DNA of 64,000 nt, taken from assembly GCA_964604515.1 (NCBI GenBank), contig CAZRZA010000001.1:16243-80242 (forward strand), in the 5' to 3' direction. Below are positions 20,140 through 30,338 of the stretch, one piece after another. The stretch is from an uncultured Gammaproteobacteria bacterium (GTDB lineage: Bacteria > Patescibacteriota > Patescibacteriia > UBA1558 > GWA2-36-10). Position 1 is the stretch's first letter. Every line of letters begins with the position of its first letter. A program made the translations under genes and the position numbers. A model generated the notes under the pieces. It was given only the letters and a program-made list of their open reading frames with translations, was not told where the DNA came from and ran no database searches.

Positions 20140-20727
20140 TTATATGATACCATTTATAGTCCCTTCTCGTAAAATCTTTACTTTATTATTTTCTAAAGAA
20201 ATTATAGTTGAAGGTTTAACTTTTTTTAATATTCCAGCATTAATGAATAAATCAACAGTAATATTTTGTTCTTTTATTTGTTGAGGATTATATATATTAT
20301 CTAAGCCTGATTTATTAGCTGAAGTAGCTATAATTGGTTTATTAAATGATTTACATAAAGAAAAAGCAAATTTATTATTAGAAATTCTTAAAGCTAAATT
20401 ATTAAATTTATAATTAGCATATGGTTTTTTTATTAAATCTAATACTATATTCAATGGTCCTGGCCAATATTCTTTAATTATATTATTAATTTTTAAATTA
20501 GTTTTAACTATTTTAGAAAGATACTCTTTATTAGGTATAATTACTCCCAAAGGATTATTAAAGCCTCTTTTCTTTACTTCATATATTTTCTGTACAGCTT
20601 TTTCATTAAAAAAATCACAACCTAAAGCATATGAAGTTTCTGTTGGATATATTATTAGTCCCCCCTCTTTCAAAACTTTAATAGCCTCTGATATTGCTTC
20701 CTTGTCATTTACCTTTATTACTCTCAT
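20140..20727 (-). CDS. tsaC: Threonylcarbamoyl-AMP synthase (Sua5/YrdC)
   Basis: IIYPTETSYALGC, KKR, YWPGPL, ATSANKSG, PSTII, ILREG. Confidence 0.95.
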   Translation of the reverse strand: MRVIKVNDKEAISEAIKVLKEGGLIIYPTETSYALGCDFFNEKAVQKIYEVKKRGFNNPLGVIIPNKEYLSKIVKTNLKINNIIKEYWPGPLNIVLDLIKKPYANYKFNNLALRISNNKFAFSLCKSFNKPIIATSANKSGLDNIYNPQQIKEQNITVDLFINAGILKKVKPSTIISLENNKVKILREGTINGII

Positions 20728-20728
20728 T

Positions 20729-21886
20729 CTATTTTAATAAAGAAATAAACAAAACAGCTATAGAAGCTATAATAAAGCTAATTTGCAGAGGAAAGAATAA
20801 TAATAAAATAGCTATTAATATTAAAGAAATAATCCTCCCTAATTGTAATGACATTTCTTTAATTACTGTATATTCATCTATATAATGTCCTCTATCAGCT
20901 GCTTTTTCATACACCAAAGTATCTAAAGATGTTCTGAGAACAATTAAAGCTAAAACATGATAAGTAGATACTAAAAATATTTGTAAAGCAGATACTATTC
21001 CTACTTTAAATAACCAAGCCGTAGAATTTAAAGCTATACCGATTTTAATTAATTTAGTTTTATTTATTTTATCTAAAAGATTGCCAATAAATAATCTTAA
21101 AATAATCCCCATCAAAACAATAGCCCCAGTTAAAAGACCAACTGCTCTATATTGTTCATCTAAGATCATAAAAATAAATAAAGGCCAAAATAATACCCTA
21201 ATAATACCAATGACACCATCAGACATATAAGCTATAACCATTCTTCTGTTATAAGGATGAAAAAAATATTTAAAAGTTTCTTTAAAGGTCCAAGAATATT
21301 CTTCTTTATTATCTGGTAATCTATTAAAAAATAATAAGGAAAGCAAAGAAAGTAATAAAGAGATAATAGCTAAGACAGAAAAAGACCATTTTTCTAAAAC
21401 AAAACCAGCTATAATAGGAGCTAGGGTTCCTAAAATAGCAGTAATAGAAAGAATAATACCAAATTGTTTTCCTCTATTCTTTTTATTAGTTAATAAAGCA
21501 GCCTCAGTATGAAATGGTAACCAAAAAGTATTTCTCATCATAGTAATGGCTAAAAGAGAAATAATAAAATAAAGATTAGGATTATCTAAAAACTTATAAA
21601 ATGATAAGAAGAATATTAAACGAAAAAATACAGAAATAATAATACTATTCTTCATATTTATTTCTCCCATTAATTTAGCTCCTAATGGTAGGAGAATAAA
21701 ATATAATAAAGAACCTAATAAATAATAAAGAATGACTATATTAATATCTTGATAGTGTTGGTATAAGAAAATTGGTAAAAATAAAGAAAAGACATTAACA
21801 CCAAAATCTAAAAATAATTTTCCAGAATATAAATATAATAAATCCTTAGAAAATCCTAATTTTTTATAGTCTTCTATAATTTTCAT
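20729..21886 (-). CDS. MFS transporter, paralog of 18973..20136
   Basis: About 12 TM segments; FWLPFH...RGKQFG...APIIAG, GNLLDK. Confidence 0.85.
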   Translation of the reverse strand: MKIIEDYKKLGFSKDLLYLYSGKLFLDFGVNVFSLFLPIFLYQHYQDINIVILYYLLGSLLYFILLPLGAKLMGEINMKNSIIISVFFRLIFFLSFYKFLDNPNLYFIISLLAITMMRNTFWLPFHTEAALLTNKKNRGKQFGIILSITAILGTLAPIIAGFVLEKWSFSVLAIISLLLSLLSLLFFNRLPDNKEEYSWTFKETFKYFFHPYNRRMVIAYMSDGVIGIIRVLFWPLFIFMILDEQYRAVGLLTGAIVLMGIILRLFIGNLLDKINKTKLIKIGIALNSTAWLFKVGIVSALQIFLVSTYHVLALIVLRTSLDTLVYEKAADRGHYIDEYTVIKEMSLQLGRIISLILIAILLLFFPLQISFIIASIAVLFISLLK

Positions 21887-21898
21887 TTTTGTTTTTAT

Positions 21899-24304
21899 TT
21901 AAATGACAATAGAAATTATTTTATTCTTAATATAAATAAATTTCTTTATCTTTTTCTGAGCAATATGTTTTTTAATATTGGCTAAACTTAATACTTCTGA
22001 TCTTAATTCTTTGCTCTCTTCTTTGTCTATTTCTAAAGTAATAAAGTCCCTAACCTTACCATTAACTTGTATAGCTAGCTTAACTTTATCTTCTTTAATT
22101 AACTCCTTATTATATTGAGGCCACTCTTTAAACATTAAAGATTCTGAATAATTTAAATTAGAATGAAGCTCTTCTGTTAAATGAGGAGCAAAGGGAGATA
22201 ATAGTATTAATAGTTTAATAAATACTTCTTTATTTAAATTATCCTTATCAACTTCATTAATAAATATCATTAAACTAGAAATTGCTGTATTAAATCTAAT
22301 ATTTTCTATATCCTCAGTTACTTTCTTAATAGTTTTATTAATTAATATATTATTTTCTTCTGAATCTACATTCTCTTTAACACTATCTATTAATAAAAAT
22401 ATTTTTTTAAGAAAATTAACTACTCCTTTAATGCTCTTAGTATTCCAAGGTTTTTCATCTGCTAAGGGACCCATAAACATAATATATAATCTTAAAACAT
22501 CTGCTCCATATTGCTTTATAATATCATCAGGATTAACCACATTACCTTTAGATTTAGACATTTTCTTACCATCTTCAGCTAAAATCATTCCTTGATTAAA
22601 TAACTTAAGAAAAGGCTCCTCTACAGGAACTACTTTTAAATCATAAAGAAACATCTGCCAAAAACGAGCATATAATAAATGTAAAACGGCATGCTCTGCT
22701 CCACCAATATATATATCTACTGGTAAATTTTCTTTTAATAAATTATTATTAGCTAATTCTTTATCATTTTGACTATCAATATATCTTAAAAAATACCAAG
22801 AAGAACCTGCCCATTGAGGCATGGTATTGGTCTCTCTTTTAGCTTTACCATGACATTTAGGGCATTCTGTATTAACCCATTCTTCTATTTTAGCTAAAGG
22901 AGACTCTCCGTTTCCTGTCGGTTGATAATTATCTATTTTTGGTAATTCTACTGGTAAGTCTTTTTCAGCTACAGCCACTACTCCACATTTAATACAGTGT
23001 ACTATTGGTATTGGTTCTCCCCAATATCTTTGACGAGAAAAAACCCAATCTCTTAATTTATAATTTACTTTCTTCTGAGCTAAATTATCTTTAACTAAAT
23101 ACTCTATAATTTTCTTTTTAAACTCTGCTGTTTCTAAACCATCAAACTTATCTGAGTTAATAGCTAAACCAAATCCTTCTAAAGCTTTTTCTTTTATATT
23201 ACCCTCTGTTTTAACAACCTGTTTAATATTTAAATTAAATTTTTGCGCAAATTCCCAATCTCTTTGATCATGAGCTGGTACAGCCATAACTACTCCTGAG
23301 CCATATGAATCTAAAACATAATCAGCTACAAAAATAGGTAACTCTTCTCCATTAACAGGATTAACACCCTTTAAACCATTTATTAATACTCCTGTCTTTT
23401 CTTTGGCTAAATCTGTTCTTTCTAATTCTGATTTATTTTTTACTTTTTTAAGATACTCTTTAATTTCTTTATAGTTTTTTATTTTATCCTGATACTCTTC
23501 TATTATTCTATGCTCTGGAGCTAAGGCCATATAAGTTACCCCGTATAAAGTATCGGGACGAGTTGTAAATACTTTTAATTCTTCTTCAATATCTTTTAAT
23601 TTAAAAACTATTTCTGCTCCCTCAGATTTACCTATCCAATTTCTTTGCAAAGCTTTGATCTTTTCTGGCCAATCTAAATTAACTAAACCACCCAATAATC
23701 TTTCTGCATAGTCTGTAATCTTAAGTAACCATTGTTGCATGTCCTTCTTCTCTACCTCTGTTTCACAACGATCACATTTACCACCAACCACCTCTTCATT
23801 AGCTAAACCAGTTAAACAAGAGGGGCACCAATTTATTGGTATTGTGTCTTGATATGCTAAACCTTTTTTATATAATTGTAAGAATATCCATTGTGTCCAT
23901 TTATAATACTGTGGATTAGTAGTGTCAATTTCATTATTCCAATTATATGAATAACCTAAAGAGTTAATTTGTTTCCGAAAATTATCAATATTCTTCTTCG
24001 TAATATCTTGCGGATGCTCACCTGTTTTCAAAGCAAAGTTTTCTGTTGGCAAGCCAAAAGCATCCCAACCCATAGGATGTAAAACATTGAAGCCTTGATG
24101 ACGATAATAACGAGCTAAAATATCTGTAGCTGTATAGCTTTCTGTATGACCAATATGTAAACCAGCAGCAGAAGGATAGGGAAACATATCTAAAATATAT
24201 TTCTTCTTCTTTTTACTATTAGTAAATTCAAAAAGATTGTTATCTGCCCAATATTTTTGCCATTTAGCGTCTATTTTCTTAAAATTATATTCTTTTTCTT
24301 TCAT
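21899..24304 (-). CDS. leuS: Leucine--tRNA ligase (start revised to 24304)
   Basis: DMFPYPSAAGLHIGH, FTTRPDT, RQRYWGEPIP, GGAEHAVLHLLYARF, KMSKS. Confidence 0.99.
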   Translation of the reverse strand: MKEKEYNFKKIDAKWQKYWADNNLFEFTNSKKKKKYILDMFPYPSAAGLHIGHTESYTATDILARYYRHQGFNVLHPMGWDAFGLPTENFALKTGEHPQDITKKNIDNFRKQINSLGYSYNWNNEIDTTNPQYYKWTQWIFLQLYKKGLAYQDTIPINWCPSCLTGLANEEVVGGKCDRCETEVEKKDMQQWLLKITDYAERLLGGLVNLDWPEKIKALQRNWIGKSEGAEIVFKLKDIEEELKVFTTRPDTLYGVTYMALAPEHRIIEEYQDKIKNYKEIKEYLKKVKNKSELERTDLAKEKTGVLINGLKGVNPVNGEELPIFVADYVLDSYGSGVVMAVPAHDQRDWEFAQKFNLNIKQVVKTEGNIKEKALEGFGLAINSDKFDGLETAEFKKKIIEYLVKDNLAQKKVNYKLRDWVFSRQRYWGEPIPIVHCIKCGVVAVAEKDLPVELPKIDNYQPTGNGESPLAKIEEWVNTECPKCHGKAKRETNTMPQWAGSSWYFLRYIDSQNDKELANNNLLKENLPVDIYIGGAEHAVLHLLYARFWQMFLYDLKVVPVEEPFLKLFNQGMILAEDGKKMSKSKGNVVNPDDIIKQYGADVLRLYIMFMGPLADEKPWNTKSIKGVVNFLKKIFLLIDSVKENVDSEENNILINKTIKKVTEDIENIRFNTAISSLMIFINEVDKDNLNKEVFIKLLILLSPFAPHLTEELHSNLNYSESLMFKEWPQYNKELIKEDKVKLAIQVNGKVRDFITLEIDKEESKELRSEVLSLANIKKHIAQKKIKKFIYIKNKIISIVI

Positions 24305-24472
24305 ATTATTACATATTAACAAATTATTCAAATCTAGACAATATATAAACACAAACCTATACATTTATTATAGTAAAACCCTTATATTCATTGAATATTC
24401 AATATCAAGCCTATACATTATTAATAATATATATAAATAACTATTGACAAAATCCTTTTATTTTACTACTTT

Positions 24473-25849
24473 ATGTTCTATAATATAAATATTAATATAA
24501 AATATATTAAATTAATAATTAAACAAATAATTAATAAAATAGCCTTAAATTTATTTGAGGTATTAAGATGGTTTAGAAAGCCTGTTTTTATATTATTTAA
24601 GTTAATAATTAAATTATTAACTATAATTAATACTATATTAATAGTTCCTCTAATATTACCTTTTTATAAATTATATTTAAAAACAAAGAAAGTAATAAAG
24701 AATATAATATTTAAACCTACTATTTATTTAAGTTTTGTCAAAAAGTATTTAAGCTATGTTACTATTATCATAATCATCACCCTGGTAAGTACTCATAATA
24801 TATTTGCCCAAACATATAGTACAGATGAATATGCCTCTAAAAGTCTTCTTTCTGATTTAGTTACTACAGAACATGAGCATGATATCCAATTAATAGAAGA
24901 AAAACAAATAATTAATAAAAATAAAAGTAAAGTAGTTAACTATTTAGAAGAACAAGGTACTTTACAAGAATTAGTAATTGAAACTCCTTTTATTGATAAA
25001 GAATATGAGGCTGATAATACAAAAATATCTCCAGATTCTTCTAGTTTAGTATTAATCAATCCAGAAGATATTAATTTAACCACTACTAATGAAATAGTTA
25101 ATACTAGAACAGATGCTATTATCTATACTGTTCAAACTGGAGATATTATAGGTAAAATAGCTGAAAAATTTAATGTTTCTGCTAATACTATTCTCTGGGA
25201 AAATAATTTGAGTTGGCGAAGTACTATCAAGCCTGGTTTAAAATTAAATATCCTACCAAATAGTGGCATTAATCATGAAGTTAAGTCTGGAGATACTGTT
25301 TTAGCTATTGCAAAAAAATATCAAATTGAAGCTCAAGATATTGTTTTCTCTAATAAATTAGCTAATGCTGGAGATATAAAAAAAGGAGATTTATTATTCA
25401 TACCAGGAGGTATAAAACCAGCAACAGTTAAATCTTCCTATACTTCTCGTCAAACTATTACCTACTTACCTCCCGCCAGTACAGATTCTGGTACTAAATT
25501 ATTATGGCCACTTAATAGTCATCGTATTACTCAATATTATCACTGGGGACACCATGCTTTAGATGTTGGTGATAAAACGGGCAACCCTATTTATGCTTCT
25601 GAGTCTGGTAAAATAGAAAGATCTGGTTGGAATAAAGGTTATGGCTATAATATAGTAATTAATCATGGTAATGGCTTAAAGACTCTTTATGCTCATGCTA
25701 GTAGCTTATTAGTTAATGCTGGTGAAACAGTGTCTCGTGGGCAAACTATAGCTCTAATAGGCTCTACGGGTTGGTCTACGGGACCACATATTCATTATGA
25801 AGTTAGAGTAAATGGTGCTAAACAAAATCCTTTAAATTATATAAAATAA
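24473..25849 (+). CDS. LysM x2 + M23 family metallopeptidase
   Basis: YTVQTGD..GKIA, HEVKSGDTVLAIA, HHALD, YAH, STGPHIHYEV. Confidence 0.93.
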   Translation: MFYNININIKYIKLIIKQIINKIALNLFEVLRWFRKPVFILFKLIIKLLTIINTILIVPLILPFYKLYLKTKKVIKNIIFKPTIYLSFVKKYLSYVTIIIIITLVSTHNIFAQTYSTDEYASKSLLSDLVTTEHEHDIQLIEEKQIINKNKSKVVNYLEEQGTLQELVIETPFIDKEYEADNTKISPDSSSLVLINPEDINLTTTNEIVNTRTDAIIYTVQTGDIIGKIAEKFNVSANTILWENNLSWRSTIKPGLKLNILPNSGINHEVKSGDTVLAIAKKYQIEAQDIVFSNKLANAGDIKKGDLLFIPGGIKPATVKSSYTSRQTITYLPPASTDSGTKLLWPLNSHRITQYYHWGHHALDVGDKTGNPIYASESGKIERSGWNKGYGYNIVINHGNGLKTLYAHASSLLVNAGETVSRGQTIALIGSTGWSTGPHIHYEVRVNGAKQNPLNYIK

Positions 25850-25874
25850 AAAACAGCCTAGAAAGGCTGTTTTT
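25849..25874. terminator. Bidirectional intrinsic terminator between convergent genes
   Basis: aaaaacagcct-agaa-aggctgttttt. Confidence 0.8.
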
Positions 25875-25882
25875 TATATTTT

Positions 25883-26836
25883 CTAACCTCTATATACTAA
25901 GTACATTAAATAAGCTATATATATTAATACTAAAATAATACCCTCTAATCTTCCTAAAACATTCTTACGACCAATAAAGACAAATAATAGTAATAAGATA
26001 GTAGCAAAACCCATGAAATAAATATCAAAATTTAAGACAGGAGAAAAGAATATTGGTTTAATAGCTGAGCTTAATCCTAAGATCCAAAAAATATTAAAAA
26101 TATTAGAGCCAATAACATTACCAATAGCTATGTCTGCATTGTGCTTGAAAGCAGCAACAGCTGAAGCAGCTAATTCTGGTAAAGAAGTACCAATAGCAAC
26201 GATTGTTAAGCCAATTAATGATTCTGACATATTAAACTTGGCCGCTATAATAACGGCTCCGTCTACTATCCATTTTCCTCCAAATGCTAAACCAATCATA
26301 CCAGCTATTATCATAGCAATAGATATTAAAGTATGTTTTTCTTCTACTTTTTCTTTTTCACCCTCTACTCTAGAAATGCCGAAGGTATAATAAATAAAGA
26401 TAATAAAGAATAATAATAATATTAAACCATCTATTCTAGTTAAAGCAGAAAATTCTGCACCATCAATTAAAATATCATTAACTAATAACCATAAAGCTAC
26501 TACAGCCAACATATTTAAAGGTATTTCTGTAGAGGCTGTACCTCTTTTTACTGTTAAAGGATAAATAATAGCCGCAATACCTAATATTAATAAGATATTA
26601 GAAATATTAGAACCAATGACATTAGCAATAGCTAAGTCACTATTACCATTAAAGGAAGCAATCAAATTAACAAATAACTCTGGAGCAGAGGTACCAAAAG
26701 AAACAATTGTTAAACCAATCATTAAATCAGAAACTCTAAATTTTTTAGCAATAGAAGATGCTCCCTCTACTAACCAATCAGCACCTTTGATTAAGAAATA
26801 AAAACCAGCTACAAATAGAGAGTAGGTTAAAAACAT
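25883..26836 (-). CDS. Ca2+/Na+ antiporter (YrbG/CaCA family)
   Basis: Two alpha repeats: GTSAPE...GSNISN and GTSLPE...GSNIFN. Confidence 0.95.
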   Translation of the reverse strand: MFLTYSLFVAGFYFLIKGADWLVEGASSIAKKFRVSDLMIGLTIVSFGTSAPELFVNLIASFNGNSDLAIANVIGSNISNILLILGIAAIIYPLTVKRGTASTEIPLNMLAVVALWLLVNDILIDGAEFSALTRIDGLILLLFFIIFIYYTFGISRVEGEKEKVEEKHTLISIAMIIAGMIGLAFGGKWIVDGAVIIAAKFNMSESLIGLTIVAIGTSLPELAASAVAAFKHNADIAIGNVIGSNIFNIFWILGLSSAIKPIFFSPVLNFDIYFMGFATILLLLFVFIGRKNVLGRLEGIILVLIYIAYLMYLVYRG

Positions 26837-26837
26837 T

Positions 26838-29800
26838 TTATTTTTGTACTTCTTCTAATAATTTTCTGGTCAAGGGGCCAACTACACCTACTCCTGGTAA
26901 ATCATTGTCTCTCTGGAATTCACTAACAGCTTTAGTAGTAATTAAACCATAATATCCTGTTATTTTGTGAAAGATAAAGTATCCTAAATCTTTTAATAAA
27001 GATTGCAGGTTCTTAACTTCTTGTCCTTCACTACCATGATATAAATATCTATTAAACTTATAAACAACCCTTTCTTCTTCTGTCTCTAAATCAGCAATAA
27101 TTTCTTCTTCTATTTCTTCTTCTGTAAGAGTAATTTCTTCTTCATATTCTTCAGAAAAGAAATTTCTTTCTGTTAGTAAACCATCTGATATAATATAGTA
27201 ATTCTTATCATTATGAGTAAAATATTTTAATAGATTATCAAAATATTGAATAATATTAGTTATGGTATCTTCAGTTAATTCTGATCCTACCGCTCCTCTG
27301 TCTAAAACAGTATTAGACATAATAATACCAGAAGAATTACCATAATCATTATAGAATTTAACAAATACAGAATACTGTCCTTCTGGACATTCTGCTTCTT
27401 TTATTAAGCCATCTGATTCTGAACACAAATCCCAAGCTATTTCTTCTTGATATGGTTGAATACTAGCATCGCTCATATCTTCTTTGTTAGAAATGGCCAC
27501 TTTAGTTATATCTTCTCCAACATTAAATGATAAGGTTACCTCTCTAGCGCCTACTAAGTCTGATTCACCATTAACGTATGTTTGAAAGCCATACTCTGGT
27601 GTTTCTATTGGATTTAATAAATACATTGCTATACCTCCACCGCCAGAAGAACCGCTGCCATCATCACCACCAATACCAAATGGAGATAATTCTGAAACAT
27701 TACACGTTATACTATTATCTGTTGTATTAATAGTACAATCTGTTTCTTTTTTCCAAGCATTATCTACATAATGAAGAACATATAAGGAAGACTCACTTAG
27801 ACCCCCTAAGTTATCTTCTTGATATGGTAGGGTTATGGTGGTGGTTCCTGATACAGTCGCGGTTCCAGCTTCTAAATTTACTACACTACCAACTGTTTTA
27901 ACACTGGCTCCATCAGAGGTTGTCATATTTACTGTTCCATCATTATTATTAGTAGAGGATGGAATATTCTCCGGAGCATATAAATCAGTTTTAAAGGTAC
28001 CATCACCACTAACTGTTCCAAATGACATTGTAATGCCAAGTCCCTTTATTTCAAAAGATTTGTTTTCCTCTCCAATACTAGTAAAGGTTGCTACTGGGTC
28101 TTGTCCTGGTAATAATTTATCACCTGGCGCTAAATATTTACTAGCATCACTTGGCTTACAATCACTAGTAGTACAAGTAATTCCTTCTAATAAGACACCA
28201 TATGCTGGAATCATGTTGGCAGAAAGAGTTTGAGTTCCGTCATCTAGGAATGTTGTCCCTAAACCAAATGATGCAGCTTCTTTAAAGTCTTGTTTCATAG
28301 CGCTAAAATCAGTTGTATCTCCAAAATGTGAATACTTATCAAAAACCATTTCCTTTGCAAAAACTTGTGAATCTGAAAATATAGTAAAATCGTCAAAGGT
28401 CATGTTTCCTCCAAAATCCTGTACACCAGAACTAAAGTCTGCTCCTTGTCCCATTACCTCATTGTCTCTAAACTTCATTCCAGATCCATATTTTATTGAT
28501 AGAGCAGAAAAATCATGGTCAAGATCACTAAGGTCTTGTCCTGTAGAAAATTTTGCGCTTTTTCCAAATGTTTGAGCAACAGCAAAGGTAGATATACCAC
28601 CAGAAAAATCAGCCTTCTCTCCAAATATTTGACTTGCGTTAAAAGTAGTTCCCCTTTTAAATTTTGCTTTCTCTCCAAATGTTTGGGTTGCGTCAAATCT
28701 TTGATTTTCTGCAAACTCAGTTCTTGGACCAAAGTTTTGATTTGCACCAAATGTTTGGGTTGTATTAGCAAAACTTTGTCCTTCTGGAAATATCATACCA
28801 TCATTAAACATTGTTCCAGAATCAAAATCCTGTGTTTCTGAAAATTCATAATTTTCACTAAAATGATAACTTGTTCCTGAAACAGTAGTACTATATGAAC
28901 CAGAGCCAATGCTATTAGTAGCCAATACTTTAAAGTAGTATAAAGTACCCTTGCTTAATCCTGTTACTGTAGTACTAGCAATAGCACTTGTGCCAAATGT
29001 TGACCAAGTACTATTATCTAAACTTGTTTGAATAGTATAACCAGTGATAGCTGAGCCATTATTTGCCGGAGCCGTCCAAGAAAGAACTGTGGTGGTGTCT
29101 GTTTTATCTCCTATTATCAAACCAGTAGGAGCATCTGGTACCAAAGCACTGGTTGTTCCTGAGGCAGTACTACTATTACTACCGGTACCAACACTATTAA
29201 CAGCTGCTACTCTAAAATTATATGCTGTATTACCAATTAGCCCTGTTACCGTAGTGCTAGCTGTGGTGCTTGTGCCATCAGAAAAAGTAACCCAAGAACC
29301 ACCAGAAGGTTGACTTTGAATAATATAATCTGTAATAGCTGCTCCATTAGCTGCTGGAGCTGTCCAAGAAAGAGCTATAGAGGAGCTAGTGATAGCTCCT
29401 ACTGTTAAACTAGTAGGAGCATCTGGTGCTGCAGCTAAAGTAGTAGCAGAAACAGCTGAGGTATAAGAACTTGTTCCTGATTTATTCTTAGCTGCTACTT
29501 GAAAATTATATGCTGTCCCAGAAATCAAACCTGTTATTGTCGTGCTTTTATTAGCATTAACACCGTCAACAAAAGTAGTCCAAGTCTTAGCTTTGTTTAC
29601 TTGATATTGAATAATATAATCAGTAGCAGCAATAGATCCTTTAGGTAAAGACCAAGACAAATCAACAGAAGCGCTACTAACCGTTCCTACTGTTAAACTA
29701 GTAGGAGTGCTAGGCTCTCCTTTAGCAAGCATAGATGCTCCGCTAAAAGTAGAAGCAACAATAAAGAAAGAGCCTAATAAGAATAAAATAGATAATTTCT

Positions 29801-29843
29801 TAAAACTAGGGTCTTCAAAAAATAGTTTAATTTTTTCTAACAT
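26838..29843 (-). CDS. Surface protein: 3 x fibronectin type III, Phe-periodic hexapeptide repeat, beta-sandwich, C-terminal peptidoglycan-binding domain
   Basis: FN3 signatures (LSWTAP..NG..ITDY...YNFRVAAVN), F every ~6 residues over aa ~327-535, PG_binding_1-like GSEGQEVKNLQSLL...TGYYGLITTKAVSEFQ...GVVGPLTR. Confidence 0.85.
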   Translation of the reverse strand: MLEKIKLFFEDPSFKKLSILFLLGSFFIVASTFSGASMLAKGEPSTPTSLTVGTVSSASVDLSWSLPKGSIAATDYIIQYQVNKAKTWTTFVDGVNANKSTTITGLISGTAYNFQVAAKNKSGTSSYTSAVSATTLAAAPDAPTSLTVGAITSSSIALSWTAPAANGAAITDYIIQSQPSGGSWVTFSDGTSTTASTTVTGLIGNTAYNFRVAAVNSVGTGSNSSTASGTTSALVPDAPTGLIIGDKTDTTTVLSWTAPANNGSAITGYTIQTSLDNSTWSTFGTSAIASTTVTGLSKGTLYYFKVLATNSIGSGSYSTTVSGTSYHFSENYEFSETQDFDSGTMFNDGMIFPEGQSFANTTQTFGANQNFGPRTEFAENQRFDATQTFGEKAKFKRGTTFNASQIFGEKADFSGGISTFAVAQTFGKSAKFSTGQDLSDLDHDFSALSIKYGSGMKFRDNEVMGQGADFSSGVQDFGGNMTFDDFTIFSDSQVFAKEMVFDKYSHFGDTTDFSAMKQDFKEAASFGLGTTFLDDGTQTLSANMIPAYGVLLEGITCTTSDCKPSDASKYLAPGDKLLPGQDPVATFTSIGEENKSFEIKGLGITMSFGTVSGDGTFKTDLYAPENIPSSTNNNDGTVNMTTSDGASVKTVGSVVNLEAGTATVSGTTTITLPYQEDNLGGLSESSLYVLHYVDNAWKKETDCTINTTDNSITCNVSELSPFGIGGDDGSGSSGGGGIAMYLLNPIETPEYGFQTYVNGESDLVGAREVTLSFNVGEDITKVAISNKEDMSDASIQPYQEEIAWDLCSESDGLIKEAECPEGQYSVFVKFYNDYGNSSGIIMSNTVLDRGAVGSELTEDTITNIIQYFDNLLKYFTHNDKNYYIISDGLLTERNFFSEEYEEEITLTEEEIEEEIIADLETEEERVVYKFNRYLYHGSEGQEVKNLQSLLKDLGYFIFHKITGYYGLITTKAVSEFQRDNDLPGVGVVGPLTRKLLEEVQK

Positions 29844-29879
29844 AAAACAAGTAATTTAATATTTTTATTTTAACAATTA

Positions 29880-30074
29880 TTATTTTTTCTTTAAAATAGT
29901 AAAACCGTTATAGGCTAAATATCCTAATAAAAGAAAAACCGCATAAGAAACCCAAAGAGGTATTTCCCAGTTATTAACAGTCAAAGGCCAAGAGTAAATA
30001 GCTCTTAATAAATGACATATAGCAACTAGAGAAAAAATGTGAGCTGCCAGAGAAATAAAAGTATCTTTTTTCAT
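29880..30074 (-). CDS. Small two-TM membrane protein
   Basis: IFSLVAICHLLRAIYSWPLTVNNWEIPLWVS; own extended -10 (tgttataat) upstream. Confidence 0.75.
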   Translation of the reverse strand: MKKDTFISLAAHIFSLVAICHLLRAIYSWPLTVNNWEIPLWVSYAVFLLLGYLAYNGFTILKKK

Positions 30075-30223
30075 ATATTTTATTTAATTATAATACTTTA
30101 TATTATAACAAATATTTAGCAAAAAACCAAATACCCTATTACTTTATATAAAATGGATAAATTAAGCAAAATAAAAACCTACTCAAAAAAATGAGTAAGT
30201 TAAAACTTAAAGCTTATTTTAGT

Positions 30224-30313
30224 TTATTTATTTTTAAATCTGTTTCTTCTTTTCAATTTTTTTCTTCTCTTGATCTTAACAGATTTTCTTTTATTCTTAA
30301 TTTTTGTTCCCAT
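30224..30313 (-). CDS. 29-aa basic protein, AURKAIP1/COX24 (bS22-like) candidate
   Basis: Manual translation MGTKIKNKRKSVKIKRRKKLKRRNRFKNK; directly downstream of tRNA-Ile and followed by a hairpin/T-run at 30173-30200. Confidence 0.55.
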   Translation of the reverse strand: MGTKIKNKRKSVKIKRRKKLKRRNRFKNK

Positions 30314-30338
30314 ATTATTATTTAAAAATATTTAAAAC

